This document shows positions 20,533 to 31,090 of a DNA stretch of 64,000 bases, piece after piece (position 1 is the stretch's first letter; the number at the start of each line of letters is the position of its first letter). Position numbers and translations under genes: made by a program. Origin of the DNA: Anaeromyxobacteraceae bacterium (GTDB lineage Bacteria > Myxococcota > Myxococcia > Myxococcales > Anaeromyxobacteraceae); contig JAULAX010000010.1 in NCBI GenBank assembly GCA_032654565.1, positions 32,001-96,000 of the forward strand, read 5' to 3'. Below the pieces are notes generated by a model. That model was not told the DNA's origin. It searched no databases and saw only the letters and a program-made list of their open reading frames with translations.

Positions 20533-21987
20533 ATGCCGATGCGAACGCCGTCTGGAACCGCCCGCCGCCTCATTGTCGCCTTCGCCGGGCTGCTCTCCAT
20601 CTTCGCGGTCTCCTCCTGGTTCGCGCTCTCCAGCCTGCGCGACATCCAGGGAGGCCTCACCGAGATCAAGGAGCGGGAGGACGGGGTGCGCCTGGCCCTG
20701 ACCCTGGCCAGCGCCGTCCGCGACCAGTACGCCCACCAGGCCCACACCATCATCCTCGGCAACGACTCGCACCTCCCGTACTACACCGAGGCGGAGCGGC
20801 GGGTGGTCGAGCTGACGGCGGCGGTGAAGCGGCGGGTGCGGGAACCCGACGAGCTGGCCTGGGTGGCCGAGATCGAGAAGGCCACCAGCGAGCTCGACCG
20901 GATCTTCCGCCAGCGCATCGTCCCGGCCGTGCTGCGCCGGCAGGCGGCCGACGTCATGGAGGAGCACGGCCAGGCCCAGGTCCAGGTGACGCAGATCCAG
21001 GGGATGACCGAGCGGCTGGTGGACCGCTTCGAGACCTCCATCGGCGACATCCAGGGCCAGGTCCGGGCGGTGCAGCAGGCCGCCTTTCGCTGGACCCTCT
21101 TCTTCCTGGCCGGGGCGCCGCTGCTGGCCGGCGGCATCGGCCTCTCCATCTACCGCTCGGTGGCCCGCCCCATGGCGCGGCTCGGCGAGGGGGCCGCCCG
21201 GCTGGCGGCCGGCGACCTGGACGCCCGCATCGACATCGACAGCCCGGACGAGTTCGGCGCCCTGGCGCGGCAGTTCGACGCCATGGCCCAGTCGATCAAG
21301 GACCACCAGGCGCGGCTGGTGCAGAGCGAGAAGCTGGCGGGCATCGGGCGCCTGGCGGCCGGGGTGGCCCACGAGATCAACAACCCGCTGGCCGTCATCC
21401 TCGGCTACGCCAACCTGCTGCAGCGCAAGGCCGAGGGGCAGCTGGCCGTCGACCTGCGGATCATCGAGGACGAGTCGCTGCGGGCCAAGGAGATCGTCGA
21501 GGGGCTGCTCGACCTGTCCCGCCCGCTGGCCAGCGCGGCCGAGCCGGTGGACCTGAAGGAGCTGTGCGACGACGTGGTGGCCCGGCTGGCCGCCTCCGGC
21601 CAGCTCGGCGGCGCCACCGTCGAGGTGAGCGGCGCGGCGCGGGTCGAGGGCCACCCGCAGAAGCTCCGCCAGGTCCTGCTCAACCTGGTGAAGAACGGCG
21701 TCGAGGCGGCCGGACCCGGGGGGACGGTGCGGGTCGCCCTGGCCTCCGGCGCCGGCCAGGGGGCGGAGCTCCAGGTCTCCGACTCCGGCCCCGGGCTCCC
21801 CCCCGAGGCCCGCCAGCGGCTCTTCGAGCCCTTCTTCACCACCAAGCCGACCGGCACCGGGCTGGGGCTGGCCGTCTCGCTGGGGATCGTCCAGGCCCAC
21901 GGCGGCACGCTCGAGGCCGCCTCGCCGGCGGACGGCGGCGCCCGCTTCACCATCCGGCTGCCGGCCTCACCGCCGGGGAAGGTCTAG
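20533..21987 (+). CDS. HAMP sensor histidine kinase, CorS-like (His-containing periplasmic domain)
   Basis: Two TMs, YAHQAHTII..SH periplasmic His residues, HAMP, GVAHEINNPL H-box, FEPFFTTK, GTGLGL. Confidence 0.9.
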   Translation: MPMRTPSGTARRLIVAFAGLLSIFAVSSWFALSSLRDIQGGLTEIKEREDGVRLALTLASAVRDQYAHQAHTIILGNDSHLPYYTEAERRVVELTAAVKRRVREPDELAWVAEIEKATSELDRIFRQRIVPAVLRRQAADVMEEHGQAQVQVTQIQGMTERLVDRFETSIGDIQGQVRAVQQAAFRWTLFFLAGAPLLAGGIGLSIYRSVARPMARLGEGAARLAAGDLDARIDIDSPDEFGALARQFDAMAQSIKDHQARLVQSEKLAGIGRLAAGVAHEINNPLAVILGYANLLQRKAEGQLAVDLRIIEDESLRAKEIVEGLLDLSRPLASAAEPVDLKELCDDVVARLAASGQLGGATVEVSGAARVEGHPQKLRQVLLNLVKNGVEAAGPGGTVRVALASGAGQGAELQVSDSGPGLPPEARQRLFEPFFTTKPTGTGLGLAVSLGIVQAHGGTLEAASPADGGARFTIRLPASPPGKV

Positions 21988-21997
21988 GACCAGGGCC

Positions 21998-23392
<1,395 letters not shown>

Positions 23393-23408
23393 GAACGGCT
23401 CGCCTCGC

Positions 23409-23750
23409 CTACTCGACGACGATGACGCCGGAGATCATGTCCATGCCGCAGGCGTAGCGGAGCTGGCCGCTCTTCACCGGCGTGAACTCGACGGTGACCG
23501 GCTTGTTGAGGGGCAGCTTCTGGTTGATCCCCTGGTCGCGGATGACGATCTCGGTGGCGCAGGTCCGGTCGGTCTTGCGGGTGACGACGAGCCGCACCGG
23601 CTGCCCCTTCTTGACCTTGATGTTGGCCGGGACGAAGCCCTCGCCGGTGACCTGGATCTCGATGGCCTGGACCGGCGGCGGCGCGGCCAGGGAGGCGATG
23701 GGCGCGGCGATGGCGATGACGAGCGCGGCGGCGAGGAGCTTGCTCTGCAT
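23409..23750 (-). CDS. Secreted cupredoxin-domain protein
   Basis: Signal peptide MQSKLLAAAL; GFVPANIKVKKGQPV; TCATE; YACGMDM. Confidence 0.88.
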   Translation of the reverse strand: MQSKLLAAALVIAIAAPIASLAAPPPVQAIEIQVTGEGFVPANIKVKKGQPVRLVVTRKTDRTCATEIVIRDQGINQKLPLNKPVTVEFTPVKSGQLRYACGMDMISGVIVVE

Positions 23751-23814
23751 GTCGGGTGTCTCCGGGTGGTGCGGGGCGCCCCGTCGACGAGGCGCGCCGT
23801 CTGCAGGACCGTAA

Positions 23815-23830
23815 AGCACGGGGCGTGCCG
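23815..23830 (-). promoter_or_regulatory. Sigma-54 promoter of the cupredoxin gene
   Basis: Minus strand CGGCACGCCCCGTGCT = GG-N10-GC. Confidence 0.65.
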
Positions 23831-23908
23831 CCGCCGGAGCCTGGCGCGCTCCGGATTGACGGGGAAATCCGGGCCGGGCGCCGGCCGGTGGCGCCGGCAG
23901 GAGCCACA

Positions 23909-23929
23909 CTGTGACCGCACCGGTCACGG
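23909..23929. promoter_or_regulatory. Putative enhancer palindrome CTGTGACC-N5-GGTCACGG
   Basis: 80-100 bp upstream of the -24 element; second copy of the 20433 motif, both preceded by ACA. Confidence 0.65.
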
Positions 23930-23970
23930 TGGTGGAGGCCAACACCACGCCGGCCCGGAGGGCCGGCGAC

Positions 23971-24537
23971 TCAGAGCAGCAGCCGCGCCAGCAGCCCGCC
24001 GGTGGTGGTGTAGCCGGCCACCGAGCCCTTGATCCTGCCGTCGGCGTCGAGGAAGTAGACGGTGGGGTAGGCCTCGACGTGGAAGGCCCGCACCGTGGCG
24101 TCGTCGCCCAGCAGCACCGGGTACTCGACGTGGTGCTCCGCCATGTAGGCCCGCACCTCCGCCACCTCGCCGTAGGCGCTGGCCACCGAGACCACCTGGG
24201 CCCGGCTCCCGGCCCAGCGCAGCGCGCGGGAGAGGTTGTCCGACTGGGCGGCGCAGACCCCGCACCAGGGGGCCCAGAAGGCCAGGGCCACCGGCCGGCC
24301 GCGCAGCGAGGCGAGCGTCACCGGGGCGCCGTCGAGGGTGCGGAAGGTGGCGGCCGGGCGCTCGCCGCCGGAGAGGTGGTGGCGCGACTGGATGGCGCCG
24401 ATGGCCAGCACGGCGAGCAGCACCACCACCGCCTCGCCGCCCCAGCGGAACCAGCGCCGCTGCTCCAGCGCCGCCAGCCGCGCCCGCCAGCCCGGCTTCG
24501 GTCCGGGCGTCGAGGTGGGGGGGAGCCTCTGGCTCAC
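23971..24537 (-). CDS. TlpA-family membrane-anchored thioredoxin
   Basis: TM anchor, FWAPWCGVC, YPTVYFLDADG; GTGA overlap with the upstream lgt-like stop. Confidence 0.88.
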   Translation of the reverse strand: MSQRLPPTSTPGPKPGWRARLAALEQRRWFRWGGEAVVVLLAVLAIGAIQSRHHLSGGERPAATFRTLDGAPVTLASLRGRPVALAFWAPWCGVCAAQSDNLSRALRWAGSRAQVVSVASAYGEVAEVRAYMAEHHVEYPVLLGDDATVRAFHVEAYPTVYFLDADGRIKGSVAGYTTTGGLLARLLL

Positions 24538-25307
24538 GTCGCCACCGGCGGCGCGCCGCGGGCCAGCCGCGCCGTGCCCCAGGCCAGCAGCCCGAGGCAG
24601 AACCACTGGGCGAAGGTCAGGCCGAGCTGCCGGCCGTCGGCATAGACCAGGTCGCCGGGGCGGGCCCGGAGGAAGTCGAGCAGGAAGCGGCCGGCGCCGT
24701 AGGCCACCGCCAGCAGCGGCAGCAACTGCCCGCGCAGCCGCCCCGCCCGGCGCAGCGAGTAGAGGAGCGCCGCCAGGGCGAAGAGCAGGATGGCCTCGTA
24801 GAGGCCGAGGTCGTGGCGCGCCCCGCCTGGGAAGTCGACGGCCAGCCAGAAGTCGCTGCGCACGCCGGGGTGGTCGTGGACCGAGAAGCAGCCCAGCCGG
24901 GCGATCCCCCAGCCCGGCGCCAGCCCCAGCGCCCAGGCGTCGCCGAACGGCGCGAAGGCCAGCCCGCGGCGCCGGAACCAGACGGCGGCGGCGATGATGG
25001 CGCCCGAAAGGCCGCCCATCGAGGAGAGCCCCTCCCAGACCTTGAGGATCCGCACCGGGTCGGCCAGCTCCTCCGGGTGATAGAAGACCAGGTGGACCAG
25101 GTGGCCGCCGACGATGCCGCCGGCCACGGCGATCACCGAGAAGTCGAGCACCACCCTGGGGTCGAGCCCGTCCCGCCGGGCCGCCCGGGCCGCCAGTTGC
25201 ATGCCCACCAGGATGCCGGCGGCCGAGAGCAGGCCGAAGGCCTGGAGGGTGAAGGGCCCGAGGGAGAGGTTGGGGAGCAGGAACCAGCTGATGGTGGCGA
25301 TCGGCAC
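24534..25307 (-). CDS. Prolipoprotein diacylglyceryl transferase family protein (Lgt-like)
   Basis: KVWEGLSSMGG, GWGIARLGCF, RHDLGLYE, YGAGRFLLDFLR, GLTFAQ. Confidence 0.85.
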   Translation of the reverse strand: MPIATISWFLLPNLSLGPFTLQAFGLLSAAGILVGMQLAARAARRDGLDPRVVLDFSVIAVAGGIVGGHLVHLVFYHPEELADPVRILKVWEGLSSMGGLSGAIIAAAVWFRRRGLAFAPFGDAWALGLAPGWGIARLGCFSVHDHPGVRSDFWLAVDFPGGARHDLGLYEAILLFALAALLYSLRRAGRLRGQLLPLLAVAYGAGRFLLDFLRARPGDLVYADGRQLGLTFAQWFCLGLLAWGTARLARGAPPVAT

Positions 25308-25319
25308 GAAGGAGTTCTA

Positions 25320-25499
25320 GTGCGGGGGCGCCTTCCTGTCAGGGTCTACTTTGCCCCGGGTCGTCATCAGGGACCCACCCTTTGTTGGGAGTTGCTTGAC
25401 CCACATCAACAAAGCGTTCGCGGCGAAGGACTCCGAGTCACGCGAGCTGGGCACAAGCGCCGCGGTTGATGCGCCCTTCGGCGCAACCCTCCGGTGCAC
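25320..25499. ncRNA. Candidate structured RNA of unknown family (~180 nt)
   Basis: Locally lower GC with no coding-like codon bias; at least six compatible nested stems (see findings). Confidence 0.5.
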
Positions 25500-25688
25500 G
25501 GTAGTTGCAAAGAGTGGATGAGTCGCACGTCAGTCCGTGCCTCGCGGCGACCGGGGGGTCAGCCGCGGCTCGTGGTCGGAGACGCACCTGGGCCGACGTG
25601 ACGACGGGGGGGAAGCGGTGGGTGTCCTTGGCGATCCAGGCCAGCACCCACCGCTCGTTTTCCATGAGCCGCCGGCGCGGGGGCGCCC

Positions 25689-26402
25689 TCAGGCCTTCGA
25701 CGGCCTTCGCAGCCGCAGGTTGAGCAGCTCGACCAGCAGCGAAAAGGCCATGGCGAAGTAGATGTACCCCTTGTCGATGTGCTTCCCCAGCCCCTCGGCC
25801 ACCAGCATCACGCCGATGAGGATGAGGAAGGAGAGGGCCAGCATCTTCATGGTGGGGTGGCGCTCCACGAACTCGCCCACCGCCCCGGCGAAGACCAGCA
25901 TGACCCCGACCGCCACCAGCATCGCCGCCACCATCACCGGCAGGTGCTGCGCCATGCCGACCGCGGTGATGACCGAGTCGAGCGAGAAGATGATGTCGAG
26001 CAGCGCCACCTGGGCGATCACCAGCCAGTAGCCGCCGCGCCCGCCGGCGGCCGGGGCGTGGCCGGTGGTCTCCAGCTTCTCGTGGATCTCGGTGGTGGCC
26101 TTGGCCATCAGGAAGAGGCCGCCGCAAAGCAGGATCAGGTCGCGCCCGGAGACGGACCGCCCCAGCGCCGTGAAGAGCGGCGCGGTCAGCCCCATCACCC
26201 AGGAGATGGCGAAGAGCAGCCCCAGCCGCGTGACCAGGGCGAGGGCCAGGCCGAGCCGCCGGGCGCTGGGCTGCTGGGCGGCCGGGAGCCGGCCGGTGAG
26301 GATGGTGAGGAAGACCACGTTGTCGATGCCGAGCACCACCTCCATGGCGGTGAGCGTGGCCAGTGAGACCCAGGTCTCGGGCTGCGAGATCAGTTCAAGC
26401 AC
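25689..26402 (-). CDS. TerC-family integral membrane protein
   Basis: GGAGG then GTG; MEVVLGIDNVVF, LDIIFSLDSVITAVG, HPTMKMLALSFL, KGYIYFAMAFS. Confidence 0.93.
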   Translation of the reverse strand: MLELISQPETWVSLATLTAMEVVLGIDNVVFLTILTGRLPAAQQPSARRLGLALALVTRLGLLFAISWVMGLTAPLFTALGRSVSGRDLILLCGGLFLMAKATTEIHEKLETTGHAPAAGGRGGYWLVIAQVALLDIIFSLDSVITAVGMAQHLPVMVAAMLVAVGVMLVFAGAVGEFVERHPTMKMLALSFLILIGVMLVAEGLGKHIDKGYIYFAMAFSLLVELLNLRLRRPSKA

Positions 26403-26484
26403 GTGGTGAGTCCTCCGGGCGCGACCGGCGCCGCCGGCGGGGAAGGAAAGAAGGGGGGCACCATACCACCGGGGCGGGGGTGCT

Positions 26485-27804
26485 TCAGTGGCGGGAGCGC
26501 CGGCTCCGCCGCGCCGCCACCGCCAGGTCGAGCGGCCGCGCCGGCGTCGCCGAGGGGATGACGCCGCTGGTGACCGCGGCCAGCAGCGCCAGCATCCGGT
26601 CCCGGGCCGGCGCCGCCACGTCCTGCCAGGCCACGTCCAGCGTGGCGCCTTGCGGGTGGAGCCAGCCTGGCGCCGGGGCCGGGGCGAACCAGCGCCGGCC
26701 ATGCGGAGACCGGTCGATGCGCTGGTGGACGGCCTCGAGGGTGCCGCGGGGGCCCACCAGCAGGAAGAGCTCGTAGGAGACGGCGCCGGCGGCGCTGAAC
26801 TCCGCCGCCTCGTCGAAGCCGCCCGGGGTGACCAGGGCCCGCCAGGCCACCTGCTCGCCGAGGTCGGCGTCCACCAGCGTGGCCCCCAGCCGCGAGGGGT
26901 CGGCGGCCAGCGTCCGGCCGAGGTACCGGGCGGTCACCGGCCGCGCCTCGCCGGCCTCGGCGGCCACCAGCCCGGCCGCGATCTTGCGGCGCACCGGGGA
27001 GGCCGCGGTCCCGGCCTCCTCGCGGACCCGCGCGCCGGCCACCGCGTCGGGACCGGCCAGCGCCTCGAGCCGCGACGCGGTCGCCTCCACCAGCGGCCCC
27101 ACCTGCGAGCTCCCGGCCCCAGCGCTCATCTCGGGCAGCGCCCGGCGCAGCACCCGGGCCAGGTCGGCGGCCGCGCTGGCCTGGAACGGCTGGCGCGCCG
27201 AGAGCCAGTGCCCCTCGTGCTGGTGGGAGGGGATGACGTCGGGCTGGCCGCGGCGGACCCCGGCCTGGACCGTCTGCAGCAGCCGCAGCTCGTCGCCCAG
27301 CCGCCGGCCAGCGCGACGGTCGTTCTCGGCGGCGGCCAGGAGACGCCTGCGGTCGGCCTCGGCCCCGGTGAGCCAGGCCCAGAGCTCGACGGCGCCGGCG
27401 CGGGCCGGGGAGGGAGGCGGCGCCCGCCGGGCCTGCTCGAGCACCTCGGCGGCGCGGCGACGGAGGCGGGAGGCGGGCGGCGGGGCCGGCTCGGCCAGCC
27501 GGGCGGTCAGACGGGCCAACGAGGCGGCGTCCAGCCCGCCCTGCAGCCGCGCGAAGGTCTTCCCGGAAGGCGTCTCGGGGGAGTGTGGTGCGCCGGCCGG
27601 CAGCTCGGCCGAGAGGCCGGAGGAGACAGCCTCCAGCGCGGCCAGCTCGGCGCTGAGGGTCGCCGGGCCCCCGGCCAGCCCGGGGGCTGCGCCCAGACCG
27701 GCCAGCGCCAGCTCCCGCTCGGCGAAGCCGAGCCAGAGCCAGAGCCAGAAGTCCATCACCTGCGCCGCCGTCAGCCCTGCCACCGCCGCGCGCTCGCTCC
27801 CCAT
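26485..27804 (-). CDS. Hypothetical protein (439 aa)
   Basis: Fills the gap with GC3-biased codons and has GGAG upstream; no family recognised. Confidence 0.6.
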   Translation of the reverse strand: MGSERAAVAGLTAAQVMDFWLWLWLGFAERELALAGLGAAPGLAGGPATLSAELAALEAVSSGLSAELPAGAPHSPETPSGKTFARLQGGLDAASLARLTARLAEPAPPPASRLRRRAAEVLEQARRAPPPSPARAGAVELWAWLTGAEADRRRLLAAAENDRRAGRRLGDELRLLQTVQAGVRRGQPDVIPSHQHEGHWLSARQPFQASAAADLARVLRRALPEMSAGAGSSQVGPLVEATASRLEALAGPDAVAGARVREEAGTAASPVRRKIAAGLVAAEAGEARPVTARYLGRTLAADPSRLGATLVDADLGEQVAWRALVTPGGFDEAAEFSAAGAVSYELFLLVGPRGTLEAVHQRIDRSPHGRRWFAPAPAPGWLHPQGATLDVAWQDVAAPARDRMLALLAAVTSGVIPSATPARPLDLAVAARRSRRSRH

Positions 27805-27867
27805 TCACGCTCCCCGGCGGAGACCCTAGGCGAGGGGTCTGACTTCGCCGGGGCCCGTGGGCCTGGC

Positions 27868-28026
27868 TCAGCGCGGCGGCCGGCGGCGGTATCCGACCAG
27901 CAGCAGGGCCCCGGCCACCAGCAGCACCGGCAGGAAGGCGCGATTGGCGAGGAGTCCGGGTCGCCGCGCCAGCAGCACCACCAGCGCCACCAGCACCAGG
28001 ATCGTCGGCCAGCCGAGACGGAGCAT
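27868..28026 (-). CDS. Small membrane protein (52 aa)
   Basis: MLRLGWPTILVLVALVVLLARRPGLLANRAFLPVLLVAGALLLVGYRRRPPR; two hydrophobic helices; GGAGG upstream. Confidence 0.55.
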   Translation of the reverse strand: MLRLGWPTILVLVALVVLLARRPGLLANRAFLPVLLVAGALLLVGYRRRPPR

Positions 28027-28254
28027 GGCCAACTCTACCTCCGTTCCCACCGGGGCCGGTCCACTTGGGTCGCCCGGTGTTCCAGAAGGGTCGTACGAAT
28101 TCGTAAGAATTGGCCTGGTGGCGACGGGAGTGGGTGGGGTGGCGCACGGGGTGGGTGAGTGATTTGAGCCAATACGACCCGGCCGTGTGCGACCCGTTCG
28201 GGAGCGAACGCGCGAAACACCAAGCAGGAGAGCGGCCCGCGGCGCTTCGGACTT

Positions 28255-28270
28255 TGGCACGGCTGATGCT
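28255..28270 (+). promoter_or_regulatory. Sigma-54 promoter of the decaheme cytochrome
   Basis: TGGCACGGCTGATGCT = GG-N10-GC, ~55 bp upstream of the ATG; GAGGAG RBS downstream. Confidence 0.75.
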
Positions 28271-28323
28271 GAGGAGGGAGCCGCCACACCCACACGGAAG
28301 TACGACTCGAGGAGAGAACCTAT

Positions 28324-30954
28324 ATGAGGAACGCCTTTTTCCAGGGACGCACGGTGCTGCTGGCCGCGTCGCTCCTCTTCGTGCTCACCGCCTGCTCGGG
28401 CTCCGACGGCTCCAACGGGGCCAACGGCGCCAACGGGACCAACGGCATCAACGGGACCAACGGGACCAACGGGACCAACGGGGTCAACGGAATCAATGGC
28501 CTCAACGGCGCCGACGGCACCAACGGGACCGCCGGCATCAACGGGACCAACGGCACCAACGGCATCGATGGCATCAACGGGACCAACGGGACCAACGGCA
28601 TCAACGGCACCAACGGGACCAACGGCACCAACGGACTCTCGGCCGTCACCTCCGGTCTCAAGGTGACCGTGACCGGCGTCACCGTCTCCGGCGCCGTCCC
28701 CACCGTGGCCTTCTCGCTGACCGATGACCGCGGCTACCCGGTGGACATCGCCGGCAAGTACTCGCTCAACACCGCGACCCCGTCCCTCCGCTTCGGCCTG
28801 GCCAAGGTGACCACCGACGCCAACGGCGACGTCCTGCCCTACACGGTCCTGACCGGCGCGCTGACCTCGCCGGGCACCGTCACCGCCGCCCCCACCGAGG
28901 TGGGCTCCGGCGCCGGCACCTACACCTACAGCTTCGGCACGCTCAACACCCCCTTCGACCCGTCCAGCAGCGCCACCTACACCGTCTGGATCCTGGCCTC
29001 CCGGCAGACCGACGTGGTCAACACCACCAACGCCAGGACCTACACCGCCGTGAACCAGCCCTACAGCTGGATCCCGTCCGGCGTCGGCGTCCCCGTGGTC
29101 CGCCAGCTGGTCACCGAGGCGGCCTGCGCCAGCTGCCACGGCGGCTTCAAGCCCGAGTCGGCCACCAACGTGGGCGGCTTCCACAGCTACGCCCGCGTCG
29201 CCCCCGAGGGCTGCAACGTCTGCCACAACCCGGCCCGCACCAACAAGACCGCCGACTCCGCGGTCTTCATCCACCGCATCCACAACGGCCCGGCGCTGCA
29301 GTCCTACACCACCGGCAACCGGACGGTGGGCAGCCAGGTGGATGTCACCATCGTCCCCGCAGGCTTCCGCACCTGCTCGGTCGGCACGCCCTGCGTCTGC
29401 ACCGTGGCCAACCCCTGCACCAACCTCTTCCACAACATCTCGGCCACCTACCCGCAGGACACGCGCAACTGCGCCGCCTGCCACGCCGGCGCCGCCCAGG
29501 GCGGGCAGATCTCCACCCGGCAGTCCCGGGTCGCCTGCGGCTCCTGCCATGACTACGTGGCCTTCGACGCCAGCGAGGCGGCGACCTGCACCAACCCGGT
29601 CACCGCCGTCGGCGGCATCCCGGTGCCCTGCAACCACGCCGGTGGCGCACAGACCGACGACACCATGTGCCTGGCCTGCCACGGGACCGGCAAGGGATGG
29701 GACGTCGCCAAGAAGCACATCCCGGGCGTGACCCAGACCAACGGGAGCTTCCTCCCGGCGGCGGGCGTGACCCCGACTGGCGGCGCCACCCTGGCCTTCG
29801 TCATCGGCAACGTGCTGGTCGAGGCCAACGGCAACCCGTCGATGAACTTCAAGCTGCTCAAGAACGGCGCTGACGTGGTCTTCAACACGCCGACCGGTCC
29901 CACCGACACCGTCCTGATGACCAACTTCGTGGGCACCAGCCGGGTCTACTTCGCCTTCGGCGCGCCGCAGGACGGGACCGTCGCCCCGGCCGACTTCAAC
30001 TACTCGGCCAACATCGACCTGGTGAACGCCTGGAACCAGTCGCTGGCGGCCACCACCGCGGCCTTCACCGGTCCCGACGCCAACGGGTTCTACAAGCTCA
30101 CCGCCCAGACCGTCTTCGTCCCGGCCACCGACACCATCCTCACGGGGGCCATCGGCGTCAGCGCCACCTTCCGGCAGACCGATGTCCCGGGCTACACCTA
30201 CACACCGACCGGCAGCCTGGGCGGACTGGCCGTTGTGGTCAACAACGTCGCGAAGACCGCCATCGGCAAGGCCGGCCGGCGCACCATCGTCGACAACGCC
30301 AAGTGCCTCGACTGCCACGCCCAGCTCGGCATCTCCCCCACCTTCCACGGTGGCGGGCGGAATGACGGAACGCTCTGCGCGGTCTGTCACACCGCCAACC
30401 GCTCCAGCAGCGGCTGGGCGGTCAACTCCAAGGACGTCTTCCACGCCCTGCACGCCGGCCGGGTCCGCACCACGCCGCTCAACTGGCAGTCCACCCTCAA
30501 GTACTGGGAGGTGGAGTTCCCCAACCGGATCAACAACTGCCTGGCCTGCCACGCCCCGGGGACGTTCGACCTGAGCGCGCCGGCCTCCGCGGCGGCCATG
30601 GACAACATGCTCTGGTCCACCGTGGCCTCGGGCAACCTGATCGCGGTCACCGCCTCGACCTCGCCCTACGTGGCGTCGGTCGACTACGGGGTCGGCTACA
30701 GCTACAACGCCAACACCCTGGCCGGCGCCGTCACCTCGCCGGCGGCGACCACCCTGGTCACCTCGCCCATCACCGCGGCCTGCGTCGCCTGCCATGACAG
30801 CAACGCCGCCTTCTCGCACATGGATCTCAACGGCGGCGCCTTCTACGCCCCGCGCAGCTCCATGCCGTCGGGCATCCTCGGCGTCCGCGAGTCCTGCATG
30901 GTCTGCCACGGCGCCGGCGCCATCGCCGACATCAAGGCGGTCCACGGCCAGTAG
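28324..30954 (+). CDS. OmcA/MtrC-family decaheme c-type cytochrome lipoprotein with collagen-like stalk
   Basis: Lipobox LTAC; ten CxxCH in 5+5 arrangement separated by beta-rich domains; [33 protein letters not shown]. Confidence 0.92.
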   Translation: MRNAFFQGRTVLLAASLLFVLTACSGSDGSNGANGANGTNGINGTNGTNGTNGVNGINGLNGADGTNGTAGINGTNGTNGIDGINGTNGTNGINGTNGTNGTNGLSAVTSGLKVTVTGVTVSGAVPTVAFSLTDDRGYPVDIAGKYSLNTATPSLRFGLAKVTTDANGDVLPYTVLTGALTSPGTVTAAPTEVGSGAGTYTYSFGTLNTPFDPSSSATYTVWILASRQTDVVNTTNARTYTAVNQPYSWIPSGVGVPVVRQLVTEAACASCHGGFKPESATNVGGFHSYARVAPEGCNVCHNPARTNKTADSAVFIHRIHNGPALQSYTTGNRTVGSQVDVTIVPAGFRTCSVGTPCVCTVANPCTNLFHNISATYPQDTRNCAACHAGAAQGGQISTRQSRVACGSCHDYVAFDASEAATCTNPVTAVGGIPVPCNHAGGAQTDDTMCLACHGTGKGWDVAKKHIPGVTQTNGSFLPAAGVTPTGGATLAFVIGNVLVEANGNPSMNFKLLKNGADVVFNTPTGPTDTVLMTNFVGTSRVYFAFGAPQDGTVAPADFNYSANIDLVNAWNQSLAATTAAFTGPDANGFYKLTAQTVFVPATDTILTGAIGVSATFRQTDVPGYTYTPTGSLGGLAVVVNNVAKTAIGKAGRRTIVDNAKCLDCHAQLGISPTFHGGGRNDGTLCAVCHTANRSSSGWAVNSKDVFHALHAGRVRTTPLNWQSTLKYWEVEFPNRINNCLACHAPGTFDLSAPASAAAMDNMLWSTVASGNLIAVTASTSPYVASVDYGVGYSYNANTLAGAVTSPAATTLVTSPITAACVACHDSNAAFSHMDLNGGAFYAPRSSMPSGILGVRESCMVCHGAGAIADIKAVHGQ
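28399..28641 (+). repeat. 9-bp tandem repeat encoding 27 Gly-X-Y triplets (mostly GTN/GIN)
   Basis: Repeated aacgg(c/g)acc/atc units directly after the lipobox Cys-Ser. Confidence 0.92.
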
Positions 30955-30995
30955 CCGTTCGCCAGCGCCGGGCCGCCAGCGGCCCCGGTGACGGC

Positions 30996-31034
30996 AAGGG
31001 AAGGGCGGGCCTCCGGGCTCGCCCTTTTCCTTTT
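30996..31034 (+). terminator. Intrinsic terminator after the decaheme cytochrome
   Basis: AAGGGCGGGCC-tccg-GGCTCGCCCTT followed by TTCCTTTT. Confidence 0.8.
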
Positions 31035-31090
31035 CGGGCACCCCAAGCGGCAGCGGCGTCCACCGCGGCGCGGGGGTAACCTCCCGGTCC

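Noticed and set aside
25340..25380. CTGATGA on the minus strand suggesting a hammerhead ribozyme
   Set aside because: No GAAA or stem III/NUH arrangement follows.
25320..25499. Identification as tmRNA, glycine riboswitch or retron msr-msd
   Set aside because: No TTCGA/CCA tRNA-like ends; CGCCGAAGG is part of a simple hairpin with no CTCTCAGG; no reverse transcriptase in the window.
25438..25665. Small minus-strand ORF MENERWVLAW...
   Set aside because: No RBS, weak codon bias, and it overlaps the structured element; cannot be supported.
26403..26484. yybP-ykoY Mn riboswitch expected before terC
   Set aside because: Leader is short and lacks the GGGGAGTA/CGTCA/GAGACC elements.
28399..28641. 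Tandem repeat as a possible CRISPR or mobile array
   Set aside because: 9-bp in-frame unit with no spacers and no cas genes; it encodes G-X-Y triplets.
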